From contig CAZFXY010000002.1 in the NCBI GenBank assembly GCA_964523185.1, forward strand, positions 1 to 35,224: a DNA stretch of 35,224 bases. Reading direction: 5' to 3'. Positions 1 to 9,548 of this stretch are shown here, piece by piece (within the stretch, counting starts at the first letter, position 1; every line of letters begins with the position of its first letter). Both the position numbers and the translations under genes were made by a program. Below the pieces are notes generated by a model. It searched no databases and was not told the DNA's origin. It saw only the letters and a program-made list of their open reading frames with translations. Source of the DNA: an uncultured Methanoculleus sp. GTDB lineage: Archaea; Halobacteriota; Methanomicrobia; Methanomicrobiales; Methanomicrobiaceae.

Positions 1-65
1 TTGATCAATGGAATTGGTCATTGAAACAGAGATTGTCCGGACTTCAGCATGATTTATATGATTTT

Positions 66-118
66 CATCCATTCATCCATTCATCCATTCATCCATTCAT
101 CCATTCATCCATTCATCC
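66..118. repeat. (CATCCATT)6+ tandem repeat
   Basis: Six exact 8-mers at 66-113 plus partial CATCC, read directly. Confidence 0.95.
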
Positions 119-236
119 CGATGCAGGGTATATACATCTGAACCGAACCCCCAGGGGAACCTGCCATCATTCATTCATTCATTCATTCCGATACCGGGTA
201 CACACATCAGAACCGAACCCCCCAGGGGAACCTGCC
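118..236. repeat. ~48-bp direct repeat x2 (118-165, 188-236) separated by a spacer containing (CATT)5
   Basis: CCGATGCAGGGTATATACATCTGAACCGAACCCCCAGGGGAACCTGCC vs CCGATACCGGGTACACACATCAGAACCGAACCCCCCAGGGGAACCTGCC: 5 substitutions and 1 indel. Confidence 0.9.
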
Positions 237-319
237 GCCACATCCCTGAAACACCCCTAACAAAAACCGGTTTATCAATTATCTTTATCCCATTATAGCC
301 TGTAATTAGCAGTGTAGTA

Positions 320-766
320 ATGGAAGTACTTGCTCTTGGATGGATTCTGATCTCAATCGGGGTCGTATTGCTCTTAATAGAGGCATTTAACCCGGGATTT
401 TTCCTTGCAGTCCCCGGCACCACGCTCATTATCATTGGTGCCGTCTCACTGCTTTTTCCGGCGATCTTCAGTTCGACCTGGATCATTATCATAGGCATTG
501 CAACCGCCCTTTTTGCCGCAGGCGGAACGGTATGGTTGTATGCACGGATAACTCCGGACAACGCCCCTTCCACGATCAGCAAGGACTCGCTTGTCGGAAA
601 AACAGGCATTGTGACAATCACCGTGGATCAGGATACCATCAAAGGAAAAATCGTCATCGGTAACGTGGACTGGAGTGCACGGTCCGAAGGCGGCAGTATC
701 GCAGTTGGAAAAAAAGTACGCGTCGTGAAATCCGTAGGGGTGCACGTCGTGGTTGAGGAGATATAA
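320..766 (+). CDS. NfeD family membrane protein (short form)
   Basis: Hydrophobic N-terminal helices, then OB-fold-like tail (LVGKTGIV...GKIVIGNVDWSARS...GKKVRVV); directly upstream of an SPFH gene, the usual pairing. Confidence 0.9.
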   Translation: MEVLALGWILISIGVVLLLIEAFNPGFFLAVPGTTLIIIGAVSLLFPAIFSSTWIIIIGIATALFAAGGTVWLYARITPDNAPSTISKDSLVGKTGIVTITVDQDTIKGKIVIGNVDWSARSEGGSIAVGKKVRVVKSVGVHVVVEEI

Positions 767-771
767 CTGAA

Positions 772-1872
772 ATGGCATTATTGGAATTAGGAGACACCCT
801 CTTCACCATTATTCTCGTGCTCGCAATCATTCTCATCTTTGCAAAAGGTGTCGTGATTGTGCAGCCGTATCAGCAGGCGCTTGAAATACGACTGGGCCAG
901 TACAGGGGCCCGCTGAACCCGGGATTCCGGTGGGTGATTCCCTTCATCACCGATATCATCAAGGTTGACCTGAGAACACAGGTGATGGACGTACCCCGTC
1001 AGGAGGTCATCACCAAGGATAACTCACCCACAAACGTGGACGCCATCGTCTACGTGCGGGTGATCGACCCGGAGAAGTCCGCATTTGAGGTAGCCAACTT
1101 CCGGATGGCCACCGTAGCCCTCGCCCAGACAACGCTGCGTGGTGTTATCGGAGACATGGAACTCGATGAGGTCCTCTATAACCGGGATCTGATAAACACC
1201 CGTCTGCGTGACATTCTCGACCGCGAAACCGACCAGTGGGGAGTAAAGGTCGAGCGCGTGGAAATAAAAGAGGTCGACCCGGTCGGCGCGGTCAAGCAGG
1301 CAATGACCGAACAGACGGCGGCAGAACGTGAACGCCGTGCCGCAATTCTCCGTGCAGACGGTGAGAAACGAGCAGCCATCCTCAGCGCGGAAGGAAAGCG
1401 CCAGTCGATGATCCTCGAAGCTGAGGGTGATCGTCAGAGTAAGATTCTCCGGGCAGAGGGTGACCGAAAATCCCGTATCCTGCAGGCACAGGGTGAGGGG
1501 CAGGGTCTGCGTATCCTCGCTCTCGGTTCGCGGGCACTGGACCGGAAGGCGATCACCGTGCTCTCGCTGGATGCCCTCAAGCAGATGGCAGACGGCCAGG
1601 CAACGAAGATCATCTTCCCGTTCGAACTATCCAGTCTCATAAAACAGAGTGCAAGATTCCTCGGCGAAGAGGCGGAAATGCTCGTCGACGAGGACTGGAA
1701 GGATGTTATGCTGGACGAATCCATCCTTGGAAAGTCTCCGTCAGACGAGAACATCGATGATACCAAAGAATATATAAAGGAGATCGAAAAGAAGATCCAG
1801 ACGCTGGAAGACCCGACCACACCGGTAGATCTGGAATCATCCATCAAACCGCCGAACCTCGGCAAAGAATAA
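772..1872 (+). CDS. SPFH/band 7 (stomatin-like, QmcA-type) protein
   Basis: N-terminal TM helix, QEVITKDN motif, AERERRAAIL-AEG coiled-coil repeats. Confidence 0.95.
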   Translation: MALLELGDTLFTIILVLAIILIFAKGVVIVQPYQQALEIRLGQYRGPLNPGFRWVIPFITDIIKVDLRTQVMDVPRQEVITKDNSPTNVDAIVYVRVIDPEKSAFEVANFRMATVALAQTTLRGVIGDMELDEVLYNRDLINTRLRDILDRETDQWGVKVERVEIKEVDPVGAVKQAMTEQTAAERERRAAILRADGEKRAAILSAEGKRQSMILEAEGDRQSKILRAEGDRKSRILQAQGEGQGLRILALGSRALDRKAITVLSLDALKQMADGQATKIIFPFELSSLIKQSARFLGEEAEMLVDEDWKDVMLDESILGKSPSDENIDDTKEYIKEIEKKIQTLEDPTTPVDLESSIKPPNLGKE

Positions 1873-1875
1873 CCC

Positions 1876-1882
1876 TTTTTTT
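1876..1882 (+). terminator. Oligo-T archaeal terminator candidate
   Basis: T7 starting 4 nt after the SPFH stop codon. Confidence 0.5.
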
Positions 1883-2115
1883 ATCCATTTTCCCGGAAGA
1901 CGGAAGAGAAACCGGAAAACAAATTCTTCGTCCGGCAGACACACTCACACGCGCCGCACCTGTGGATTTGCACCCATTCAATGACCCTCCCGAAAGTCCA
2001 TTGTGCATGCCGCCCCGCCATCAGTAACCTCAATGATAAAGTGAGGGTACATGCAATAATATAGACAAGGAGTATCAGTCGGCGCCATACACTCCGGTCG
2101 GGAAGGGAATATCAG

Positions 2116-3702
2116 GTGAAATATATTGTTGTAACAGGCGGGGTGATGAGTAGCCTTGGAAAAGGCATCACCACCGCATCCATTGGGCGTCTGCTAAAAA
2201 ATCGCGGGTACGCGGTAACCGCAGTGAAAATTGATCCGTACCTGAATATTGATGCAGGTACGATGAATCCGGGTCAGCACGGCGAGGTATACGTCCTTTC
2301 AGACGGCGGGGAAGTTGATCTTGATCTTGGCAATTATGAGCGGTTCTTAGATATTGAACTCACGTCCGCTCATAATATCACCACAGGAAAAGTCTACCGG
2401 GAAGTCATCGAAAAAGAGCGGCGGGGAGATTATCTGGGCGCAACGGTTCAGATTATTCCGCACATCACCGCCCAGATACGGGATTTCATCGCAGAAGCCG
2501 CCAAATTAGAAGTCATACCGGGTGAAGTCCCGGAGATCTGTCTGGTTGAGGTCGGTGGCACGGTCGGCGATATCGAGAGCATGCCGTTTCTGGAGGCGGT
2601 CCGTGAGATGCGCGCCGAACTCCCGAAAGAGGATGTCGCCCTCCTGCATGTCACTCTGGTGCCCACGGATAATATGGGCGACCACAAGACAAAACCGACC
2701 CAGCACTCGGTGAAGGCACTCCGGGAACTGGGACTGCAACCGGATGTCATCGTTGGCAGAAGCGATCACATCATGAGCACCGCCACGAAGAGAAAGATCT
2801 CCGCCTTTACCGATGTCTCCGTAAAGGCAGTAATCAGCGCGATTACCGCCCCTGACATTTATCTGGTACCGATGGAGATGGAAAAAGAAGGAATTGCAGA
2901 GGTGATCACCGAACAGTTGCACCTCACGGCACGGGAACCGGATAACAGCTGGTACACCCTCATCAACCGGGAAAGAACGGCCCGCGTGACCATTGCCATC
3001 GTAAACAAATACGGTATCGAGGATGTCTATATCTCTATTAAAGAGTCTTTGAAGCATGCAGGATTCGCCCTCTCGACCGAAGTGGATATCCGGTGGCTGG
3101 ACGCAGAAACATTCTCCCCCAGTGAACTCGCAGACGTCGACGGCGTGCTTGTGCCAGGGGGATTTGGCAACCGGGGAATTGAAGGAAAAATACGGGCCAT
3201 CGAATACGCCCGAACACACAAAATGCCCTATCTCGGCCTCTGTCTCGGATTCCAGCTTGCCGTCATCGAATATGCCCGCAATGTCGCCGGCATTTCCGAT
3301 GCAACAAGTGAGGAGATGGGACCGGGCTCCCATGTGATTGCCCTGCTCCCGGAACAGGAAGGAGTAGAAAACATGGGTGGCACGATGCGCCTCGGTAACT
3401 GCACCGCAGACCTTCGCGAAGGGACACGGGTGCATGCCCTCTACGGCACCGATACCATCACCGAACGGCACCGCCACCGCTATGAGGTAAACCCTGAGTA
3501 TATCGAACGCTTAGAAGAGGCAGGGCTTGTCTTCTCCGGCAGATGCGGTCCGCGGATGGAGGTATGTGAACTGGATCAGGATGCATTCTTCTTCGCAACA
3601 CAGTTCCATCCCGAATTTAAATCAACCCCAACTCACCCGTCACCCCCCTATGTCGGGTTTGTGCAGGCATGTCGAAAACAAAAATTACAGAATCAGGTGT
3701 AG
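2116..3702 (+). CDS. pyrG: CTP synthase
   Basis: [43 protein letters not shown], glutaminase GLCLG and FHPEF motifs; GTG start. Confidence 0.98.
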   Translation: MKYIVVTGGVMSSLGKGITTASIGRLLKNRGYAVTAVKIDPYLNIDAGTMNPGQHGEVYVLSDGGEVDLDLGNYERFLDIELTSAHNITTGKVYREVIEKERRGDYLGATVQIIPHITAQIRDFIAEAAKLEVIPGEVPEICLVEVGGTVGDIESMPFLEAVREMRAELPKEDVALLHVTLVPTDNMGDHKTKPTQHSVKALRELGLQPDVIVGRSDHIMSTATKRKISAFTDVSVKAVISAITAPDIYLVPMEMEKEGIAEVITEQLHLTAREPDNSWYTLINRERTARVTIAIVNKYGIEDVYISIKESLKHAGFALSTEVDIRWLDAETFSPSELADVDGVLVPGGFGNRGIEGKIRAIEYARTHKMPYLGLCLGFQLAVIEYARNVAGISDATSEEMGPGSHVIALLPEQEGVENMGGTMRLGNCTADLREGTRVHALYGTDTITERHRHRYEVNPEYIERLEEAGLVFSGRCGPRMEVCELDQDAFFFATQFHPEFKSTPTHPSPPYVGFVQACRKQKLQNQV

Positions 3703-3708
3703 GCAATC

Positions 3709-4626
3709 ATGGTGAACGTAACAGAATTTATCGAGAAAGCGATTATAGACATCCGCCAGCAGGCCGGCGATGACTATGTGGTCATGGCCCTCTCGGGTGG
3801 CGTTGACAGTTCGGTCTGTGCAGAACTTGCAAAACGGGCAATCGGAGATCACCTCATTCCCATTTATGTGGATACCGGGTTGATGCGAAAAGGGGAGAGC
3901 GACCGGATTCGTGAACTCTTCAGCGACATCAGCTTAAAGATGGTCGATGCATCACATGAGTTCATCCCGGCCCTGAAAGGCGTCTCTGACCCTGAGGAGA
4001 AACGCAAGATCATCGGCGAAAAGTTCATCCGCATCTTTGAACGCGAAGCACGCGAGACAAAGGCTGCGTTCCTGCTGCAGGGCACCATTTACCCTGACAT
4101 TATCGAAAGCGAAGGGGGTATCAAAAGCCACCACAACGTCGGCGGCATGCCTGTTGACATTGACTTCAAAGGTGTCATCGAACCGCTCATTGAGCTTTAT
4201 AAAGATGATGTCAGAGAAATTGCAGGCGCACTTGGTCTGCCTGCCGAGATTCAGCACCGGATGCCCTTCCCGGGGCCGGGCCTTGCCGTTCGCTGTGTGG
4301 GCGAAGTAACAGAGGAAAAAATTTCAGTCGTGCGCGAGGCAAATGCCATTGCCGAAGAGGAATTGGTAGAACAGTTCTCACCATGGCAATGTCTGGCAGC
4401 AGTCATCGGCCTCGGTACCGGCATGAAAGGTGACGCCCGCCTCCACGGATGGATTGTCTCCGTCCGCGCCGTATATTCCCGTGATGCAATGACCGCAAAG
4501 CCGGTTGAAGTCCCGTGGGAAAACCTGCATCGCATTGCATCACGAATAACAGCTGAAGTTCCGGGTGTTTCCCGGGTGGTCTATGACATCACCCCCAAGC
4601 CCCCGGCGACCATCGAATACGAGTGA
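3709..4626 (+). CDS. guaAB: GMP synthase subunit B (ATP pyrophosphatase)
   Basis: SGGVDSS PP-loop, [20 protein letters not shown]-terminal KPPATIEYE; no fused glutaminase domain. Confidence 0.97.
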   Translation: MVNVTEFIEKAIIDIRQQAGDDYVVMALSGGVDSSVCAELAKRAIGDHLIPIYVDTGLMRKGESDRIRELFSDISLKMVDASHEFIPALKGVSDPEEKRKIIGEKFIRIFEREARETKAAFLLQGTIYPDIIESEGGIKSHHNVGGMPVDIDFKGVIEPLIELYKDDVREIAGALGLPAEIQHRMPFPGPGLAVRCVGEVTEEKISVVREANAIAEEELVEQFSPWQCLAAVIGLGTGMKGDARLHGWIVSVRAVYSRDAMTAKPVEVPWENLHRIASRITAEVPGVSRVVYDITPKPPATIEYE

Positions 4627-4669
4627 AAATATAAAATTATAAAAAAGAGACAGAAAGGAAGCGAAATTA

Positions 4670-5803
4670 ATGACAGATAAGGAATACCAGGATATCGGTG
4701 AAACATACATGATGCGCAACTTTAGCCGTGATCTGCTGATTACGCGCGGCAAAGGGGCACGGGTGTGGGACAGTGAGGGAAAGGAATACATTGACTGTGT
4801 AGCAGGCATTGCGGTCTGTTCCACCGGTCATTGTCACCCGAGGGTGTCAGAGGCCATCTGCCGTCAGGCACATGAGCTCATTCATATCTCAAACCTCTTC
4901 TATATTCCCGGACAGGCAGAACTTGCCAAACGGATCTCTGAGAAGGCGGGCATCAAAGGCGGACGGGTCTTCTTCTCCAATTCCGGGACAGAAGCCGTTG
5001 AGGCTGCCATTAAACTGGCTCGTGTCCGAACCGGAAAAACACGCTTCATCGCGTTTAAATCCGGGTTCCACGGCCGTACATGTGGTGCACTCTCCCTGAC
5101 ATACAAGGAGGCCTACCGGCTCCCCTTCTGTCCCCTCCCCTATGAATGTGAATTCATCGAATACGGCGACCTTGAGGGGCTAAAGGCGGCCATGGACGAC
5201 ACCATAGCGGCGGTCATCACCGAACCGGTGCAGGGTGAAGCAGGTGTCATCCTCGCACCCGACGGATTCCTGGAGGAAGTCCGCAAAATCTGCACCGAAA
5301 ACGATGCACTGTTAATCATTGACGAGGTGCAGACCGGATTCGGGCGGACGGGAAAATGGTTCGGCTTCCAGCACACAGACATTGAGCCTGACATCATCAC
5401 GATGGCAAAGGGCATCGCCTCCGGGTTCCCCATGGGGGGCATCGTTGCACGTGAGGGGCTGGAGTTTCTCCCCGGCGAACATGGCGGCACGTTCAACGGC
5501 GGCCCGCTTGCCTGTGCAGCAGCACACGCCACCCTTGATGTCCTTGAGGGAATCATCGATGACATTGAACGCAGAGGGAAACGCTTCCGTGATGGACTCG
5601 CCGCACACAACCCCCGCCAGCGCGGTCTGATGGTCGGTATCACTCTTGGTGACCGCTGTGCACCGGTAAAGGACTACTGTGAGAAACACGGGGTGCTCAT
5701 CAACTGCACCAGCGGAAACCTCCGCCTTATCCCGCCGCTTGTCATTACCGACGAAGATATTGACCAGGCAGTCAGGGTTATCAATGAAGCACTTGATTCG
5801 TGA
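4670..5803 (+). CDS. argD: Acetylornithine aminotransferase (class III PLP)
   Basis: NSGTEAVEAAIKLAR, FHGRT, EPVQGEAG, DEVQTGFGRTG, MAKGIASG motifs. Confidence 0.9.
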   Translation: MTDKEYQDIGETYMMRNFSRDLLITRGKGARVWDSEGKEYIDCVAGIAVCSTGHCHPRVSEAICRQAHELIHISNLFYIPGQAELAKRISEKAGIKGGRVFFSNSGTEAVEAAIKLARVRTGKTRFIAFKSGFHGRTCGALSLTYKEAYRLPFCPLPYECEFIEYGDLEGLKAAMDDTIAAVITEPVQGEAGVILAPDGFLEEVRKICTENDALLIIDEVQTGFGRTGKWFGFQHTDIEPDIITMAKGIASGFPMGGIVAREGLEFLPGEHGGTFNGGPLACAAAHATLDVLEGIIDDIERRGKRFRDGLAAHNPRQRGLMVGITLGDRCAPVKDYCEKHGVLINCTSGNLRLIPPLVITDEDIDQAVRVINEALDS

Positions 5804-6848
5804 GGCATTTCTAAAGGAAGGGTATGTCTTTGCAACAGGGGCAGCGGATATTGCCCGTGAAGCCGGGCACACCCGCCCGGCACGCCTGGCGAGTAATGAA
5901 AACCCGTTTCCGCCGTCACCAAAGGCAATCAGAGCAGCAACAGACGCGTTAGCCCATGCAAACCGTTATCCGGATGAGACGAACCAGGAGTTTGTCGCTG
6001 CATTAAAAAAACGGCACGGTGACTACCGGTTTGTGGCAAGCGTCGGTATGGACGGCATCATTGACACGGTTATTCGTACGCTTATTTTAGACGGAGATCG
6101 GGTGGCAGTGGCAACACCCACCTATTCCTACTATGGGCTTGCTGTCCGGGCCCAGGGAGGTGTCCCTGTATCTGTGCCCCGGAATAAGGACTTCTTTGTT
6201 GACCCGGAGGTGTTCTGCCGGGATGCAAAAGAAACAAAACTTGCCTTTCTCTGCACCCCGAACAACCCAACCGGCACAACAGAGACACCGGAGACGATCG
6301 CACATATCTGCGAGAACTATGAAGGGATGCTCTTTCTGGACTGCGCTTATATTGAGTTTGACGGAACAGATTACCGCCCCTTGCTGAAGCGGTTTGATAA
6401 CCTCATCATCGGGAGGACGATGTCCAAGGCATACTCGCTTGCCGGCCTGCGGGTCGGATATGCCTTTGTGCCGGCATGGTACGAGCTCTTCTACCACCGG
6501 GCGGCCACCCCCTTCACCCTCAACATGGTCTCACAGGCAGCGGCCGCAGCGGCCCTGAGGGACACCGTGCATGTAAAGACGATTGTATCCGTCGTCCAGG
6601 AATGGCGCCAGCGGTTCATCGATGAATGCCCGTATCCGATCGTGCCCGGCGGGGCAAACTTTGTAATGGTGAATGTGGCGCCCCGCACAGCCGAAGATGT
6701 GGTGAGAGAGCTCGCACAAAAGGGTGTCATTGTCCGTTCCTGTGCCAGTTTCCCCGGTCTTCCGGATCATTACATCCGTGTTTCCATCGGTGAACCGTGG
6801 GAGAACGAAGCATTCATCACCGCCATTGGCGAGATATACCGCTCATGA
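5784..6848 (+). CDS. hisC: Histidinol-phosphate aminotransferase
   Basis: LASNENP, NRYP, PNNPTG, RTMSKAYSLAGLRVGY; start set at ATG 5784 (MKHLIRE), overlapping the end of argD. Confidence 0.92.
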   Translation: MKHLIREAFLKEGYVFATGAADIAREAGHTRPARLASNENPFPPSPKAIRAATDALAHANRYPDETNQEFVAALKKRHGDYRFVASVGMDGIIDTVIRTLILDGDRVAVATPTYSYYGLAVRAQGGVPVSVPRNKDFFVDPEVFCRDAKETKLAFLCTPNNPTGTTETPETIAHICENYEGMLFLDCAYIEFDGTDYRPLLKRFDNLIIGRTMSKAYSLAGLRVGYAFVPAWYELFYHRAATPFTLNMVSQAAAAAALRDTVHVKTIVSVVQEWRQRFIDECPYPIVPGGANFVMVNVAPRTAEDVVRELAQKGVIVRSCASFPGLPDHYIRVSIGEPWENEAFITAIGEIYRS

Positions 6849-7357
6849 TGATTGCACTGACCGGGACGCCCGGCACCGGAAAAACAACCATTGCCGATCT
6901 CCTGAAAGCCCGCGGTATGCAGGTCATTTCCCAGAAAGAGACGATGGGACCCTATCTTCTTGAACATGATGCAGAGCGCGACACCGACATCATTGACGAG
7001 GAGGCGTGGGCAGATGATTTTGTTGCGGTGGAGGGCATTATCGAAGGTCACCTCACCCATCTTCTGCCGGCAGACCGGGTGGTGGTGTTGCGATGCCGCC
7101 CGGATGTCCTCGCCGCACGCCTGCGAACACGCGGCTATGCCGAAGACAAGGTGCAGGAAAATGCAGAGGCAGAGGCACTGGACGTGATTCTCATTGAAGC
7201 ACTCGAAGTGCACCCGGAAGAGGAGATCACGGTGATTGACACGACCACACAGAGTGCCGAAGAGACAGCAGATGAGATCGAGGGATTTATCCGTGGTGAT
7301 GCGCTACATTCTCTTACTGTACCGGACTGGTCAGAATTTTTAGGAAGACCCGTATGA
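6845..7357 (+). CDS. Archaeal adenylate/nucleotide kinase (AK6/Fap7-like)
   Basis: IALTGTPGTGKTT P-loop, EGHLTH, LRCRP...RL..RGY...KVQEN.EAE; ATGA overlap with the hisC stop. Confidence 0.88.
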   Translation: MMIALTGTPGTGKTTIADLLKARGMQVISQKETMGPYLLEHDAERDTDIIDEEAWADDFVAVEGIIEGHLTHLLPADRVVVLRCRPDVLAARLRTRGYAEDKVQENAEAEALDVILIEALEVHPEEEITVIDTTTQSAEETADEIEGFIRGDALHSLTVPDWSEFLGRPV

Positions 7358-7950
7358 CCGTTGACACCTTCCGACCCCATGTGCAATGGATTGTGACACC
7401 CGTAGCCAAGGCAATGGCACGAATCGGGTTTACGCCAAATGGCTGTTCTGTTATTGCATTGCTGGCAGCATTCGCGGCGGGGGCAGCATTCTATTACGAA
7501 GCAGCCCTGATCGGTGTCATCGGCGTCATCCTTAATTCCTTTTTTGACGGTGTGGACGGAGCAATTGCCCGTGTCAAAGGGAGTGCAGGGATGAAAGGAG
7601 ACTTTCTCGATCATGTGCTCGACCGGTATGCAGATATATTCATCATCACCGGCATATTCGCAGGGCCGCTCGCTTCCCCGTTCATCGGCGTCTTTGCCCT
7701 CACCGGTGTTTTGATGTCTTCGTACCTCGGGACACAGGCACAGGCAGTGGGTGTAGGCAGGGTCTATGGCGGTATCCTCGGAAGGGCTGACCGCCTGCTC
7801 CTTTTGATCATCTTCGGCATCGCGGTCATATTTATTCCGGGGGCAATATATGCCGGCATCACCGTGATGGATGTGATGCTCATCATCTTCGGTGTACTCG
7901 GGCACATCACTGCTCTTCAACGTTTCCACGGAACCTGGAAACAACTCTAA
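7354..7950 (+). CDS. CDP-alcohol phosphatidyltransferase (archaetidylinositol phosphate synthase-like)
   Basis: TPN motif and DGVDGAIAR...GDFLDHVLDRYAD signature; multiple TM helices. Confidence 0.92.
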   Translation: MTVDTFRPHVQWIVTPVAKAMARIGFTPNGCSVIALLAAFAAGAAFYYEAALIGVIGVILNSFFDGVDGAIARVKGSAGMKGDFLDHVLDRYADIFIITGIFAGPLASPFIGVFALTGVLMSSYLGTQAQAVGVGRVYGGILGRADRLLLLIIFGIAVIFIPGAIYAGITVMDVMLIIFGVLGHITALQRFHGTWKQL

Positions 7951-7957
7951 AATACCC

Positions 7958-7964
7958 TTTTTTT
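7958..7964 (+). terminator. Oligo-T terminator candidate for the pyrG operon
   Basis: T7 shortly after the stop of the last gene. Confidence 0.5.
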
Positions 7965-8142
7965 AGATAAAACACGTTTGTCTGAACGAAGATTTTCGTA
8001 GTTTTTTGCCGTATTATTTGTACTACAACCGGAGCACGTAGGGCGGAATTCAGGAGAAGTGAAGACTGCTTCTTCTCCATCCGGCTACTAGAAGGGATAC
8101 AAATCGAATGTTAAATCATTTGTCAGCTGGACGATAGATGCT

Positions 8143-8178
8143 GCTGCTATTGCTGCTATTGCTGCTATTGCTGCTATT
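8143..8178. repeat. (GCTGCTATT)4 tandem repeat
   Basis: Four exact 9-mers flanked by GCT triplets. Confidence 0.95.
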
Positions 8179-8260
8179 GCTGCTGCCGGATGAGCACAGA
8201 CAATCAGCAGCAGAACAATACATACCGTTTTTAGATCCATACTGACACCTTCTACAACCT

Positions 8261-9493
8261 TCACCCGACATTCAAACCATTCAACCCATCCAACCCCAAT
8301 TTCCCCATATGATTCCTGAAATGCCGTTTCGGGATCAAAAGTTCCCGTGCAACCGACTCAAAGTATGTGTCTGTCATCCCCGCCAGATAGTCACGCACGA
8401 GTTCCTCAGGGGATGCCGCGTCAATGTATGCGGGTGATACCCATTCTGCCTCGATGAGATCCTGGTAAATGAGCGAGTCCGTCCGCCCCTCTTCGACATC
8501 TCCGAGGAACCGTTCAAAGAGGAACGCATAGAGGTGGTTGATGATCGGATCCTGTGCGTGCAGGACTTCGTTCTTATAGATCTGCTCATAATTGTAGTCT
8601 TTCAGCGTCTTCACGCAATCCGCTATTTCCGGGGAGAAACAAACCTCTCCACCGTCAAAACTGCAGGCGATGACATCCCGGGAGACCGTGTCAATAATGG
8701 ATGCGTTAAACCGGCGGTGGTCTTCTGTAAGAGAGAACGTCTTTCGGCAATCATCCGAAAGACCGGGAAGCGCAGAATCAAGACAGCCGATCTCAATGGC
8801 GTCCTGCAGGTCACGCCCGAGATAGGCAATGGTGTCTGCCACCCGCACCACGCAGCCCTCAAGGGTGCCGGGGGTTGGATCACCGCCCTGGAGCAGCACC
8901 TTCTTTTTTCGAAACAAACCCTCCCGGTCAGTGATCGGTTCAGGGACAAGATGGGCATTGTGCACCTCCCCGTTATGGCAGAGGATGCCGTCTAACACCT
9001 GCAGGGTGAGGTTGGCATCCTCTATGGTATCGAGAAACTGAATGCTCTGCACATCATGGCGAAACGGGCCGATTTGGTGTTCTTTACAAAGTGCGGACAG
9101 GCAGTCTTCCCCAAAGTGACCATACGGCGGGTGGCCGATATCATGGCCGAGGGCAATCGCCTCAATTAAATCCTCATTTAAGGAGAGTGCACGACCAATG
9201 GTTCGCCCAATCTTTGCCACCAGCTGAATATGAATCGCACGGTGCGTAATATGCTCGTTATCCAACAGATAGAAGACCTGTGTCTTGTCGATATACCGTG
9301 AAAATGCCCGTGAGTGGATAATGCGGTCAATATCCCGGAAAAAAGGCGGCCGGATCACCCGATCTTCTGCGGGCTCACCAACCCTCTCTCTCCGTATGGC
9401 CGCATCATCCCGGCAGGCATGAGACGAGAGAAGGGATGCCTTCTCATCCATCCGCCGGGCAATCTCGTTTAATTGTGCACCCGGTATCTCCAT
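8261..9493 (-). CDS. HD-domain dNTP triphosphohydrolase (dGTPase-like)
   Basis: F.RD.DRIIHS.AF.R...KTQV, HDIGHPPYGHFGE, ADTIAY...D..DA, DYLAGMTD. Start ATG 9493; GTG 9514 is the alternative. Confidence 0.88.
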   Translation of the reverse strand: MEIPGAQLNEIARRMDEKASLLSSHACRDDAAIRRERVGEPAEDRVIRPPFFRDIDRIIHSRAFSRYIDKTQVFYLLDNEHITHRAIHIQLVAKIGRTIGRALSLNEDLIEAIALGHDIGHPPYGHFGEDCLSALCKEHQIGPFRHDVQSIQFLDTIEDANLTLQVLDGILCHNGEVHNAHLVPEPITDREGLFRKKKVLLQGGDPTPGTLEGCVVRVADTIAYLGRDLQDAIEIGCLDSALPGLSDDCRKTFSLTEDHRRFNASIIDTVSRDVIACSFDGGEVCFSPEIADCVKTLKDYNYEQIYKNEVLHAQDPIINHLYAFLFERFLGDVEEGRTDSLIYQDLIEAEWVSPAYIDAASPEELVRDYLAGMTDTYFESVARELLIPKRHFRNHMGKLGLDGLNGLNVG

Positions 9494-9548
9494 AGTATGT
9501 GCATTGCCTGTCACACCACATTAAACCGACTCCATTAAATCGATTCTA

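Noticed and set aside
21..260. 79-aa ORF with IHPFIHSS repeats
   Set aside because: Translation of the microsatellite and direct repeats; no coding evidence.
2506..3477. 323-aa ORF on the - strand
   Set aside because: Antisense shadow of pyrG.
3709..4626. GMP synthase without a glutaminase domain as a possible truncation
   Set aside because: A split guaAA/guaAB arrangement is normal in many archaea.
5679..5783. Longer N-terminus for hisC (and similarly 6797-6844 for the kinase)
   Set aside because: The extensions lie deep inside the upstream genes; downstream ATGs give typical short overlaps and family-like N-termini.
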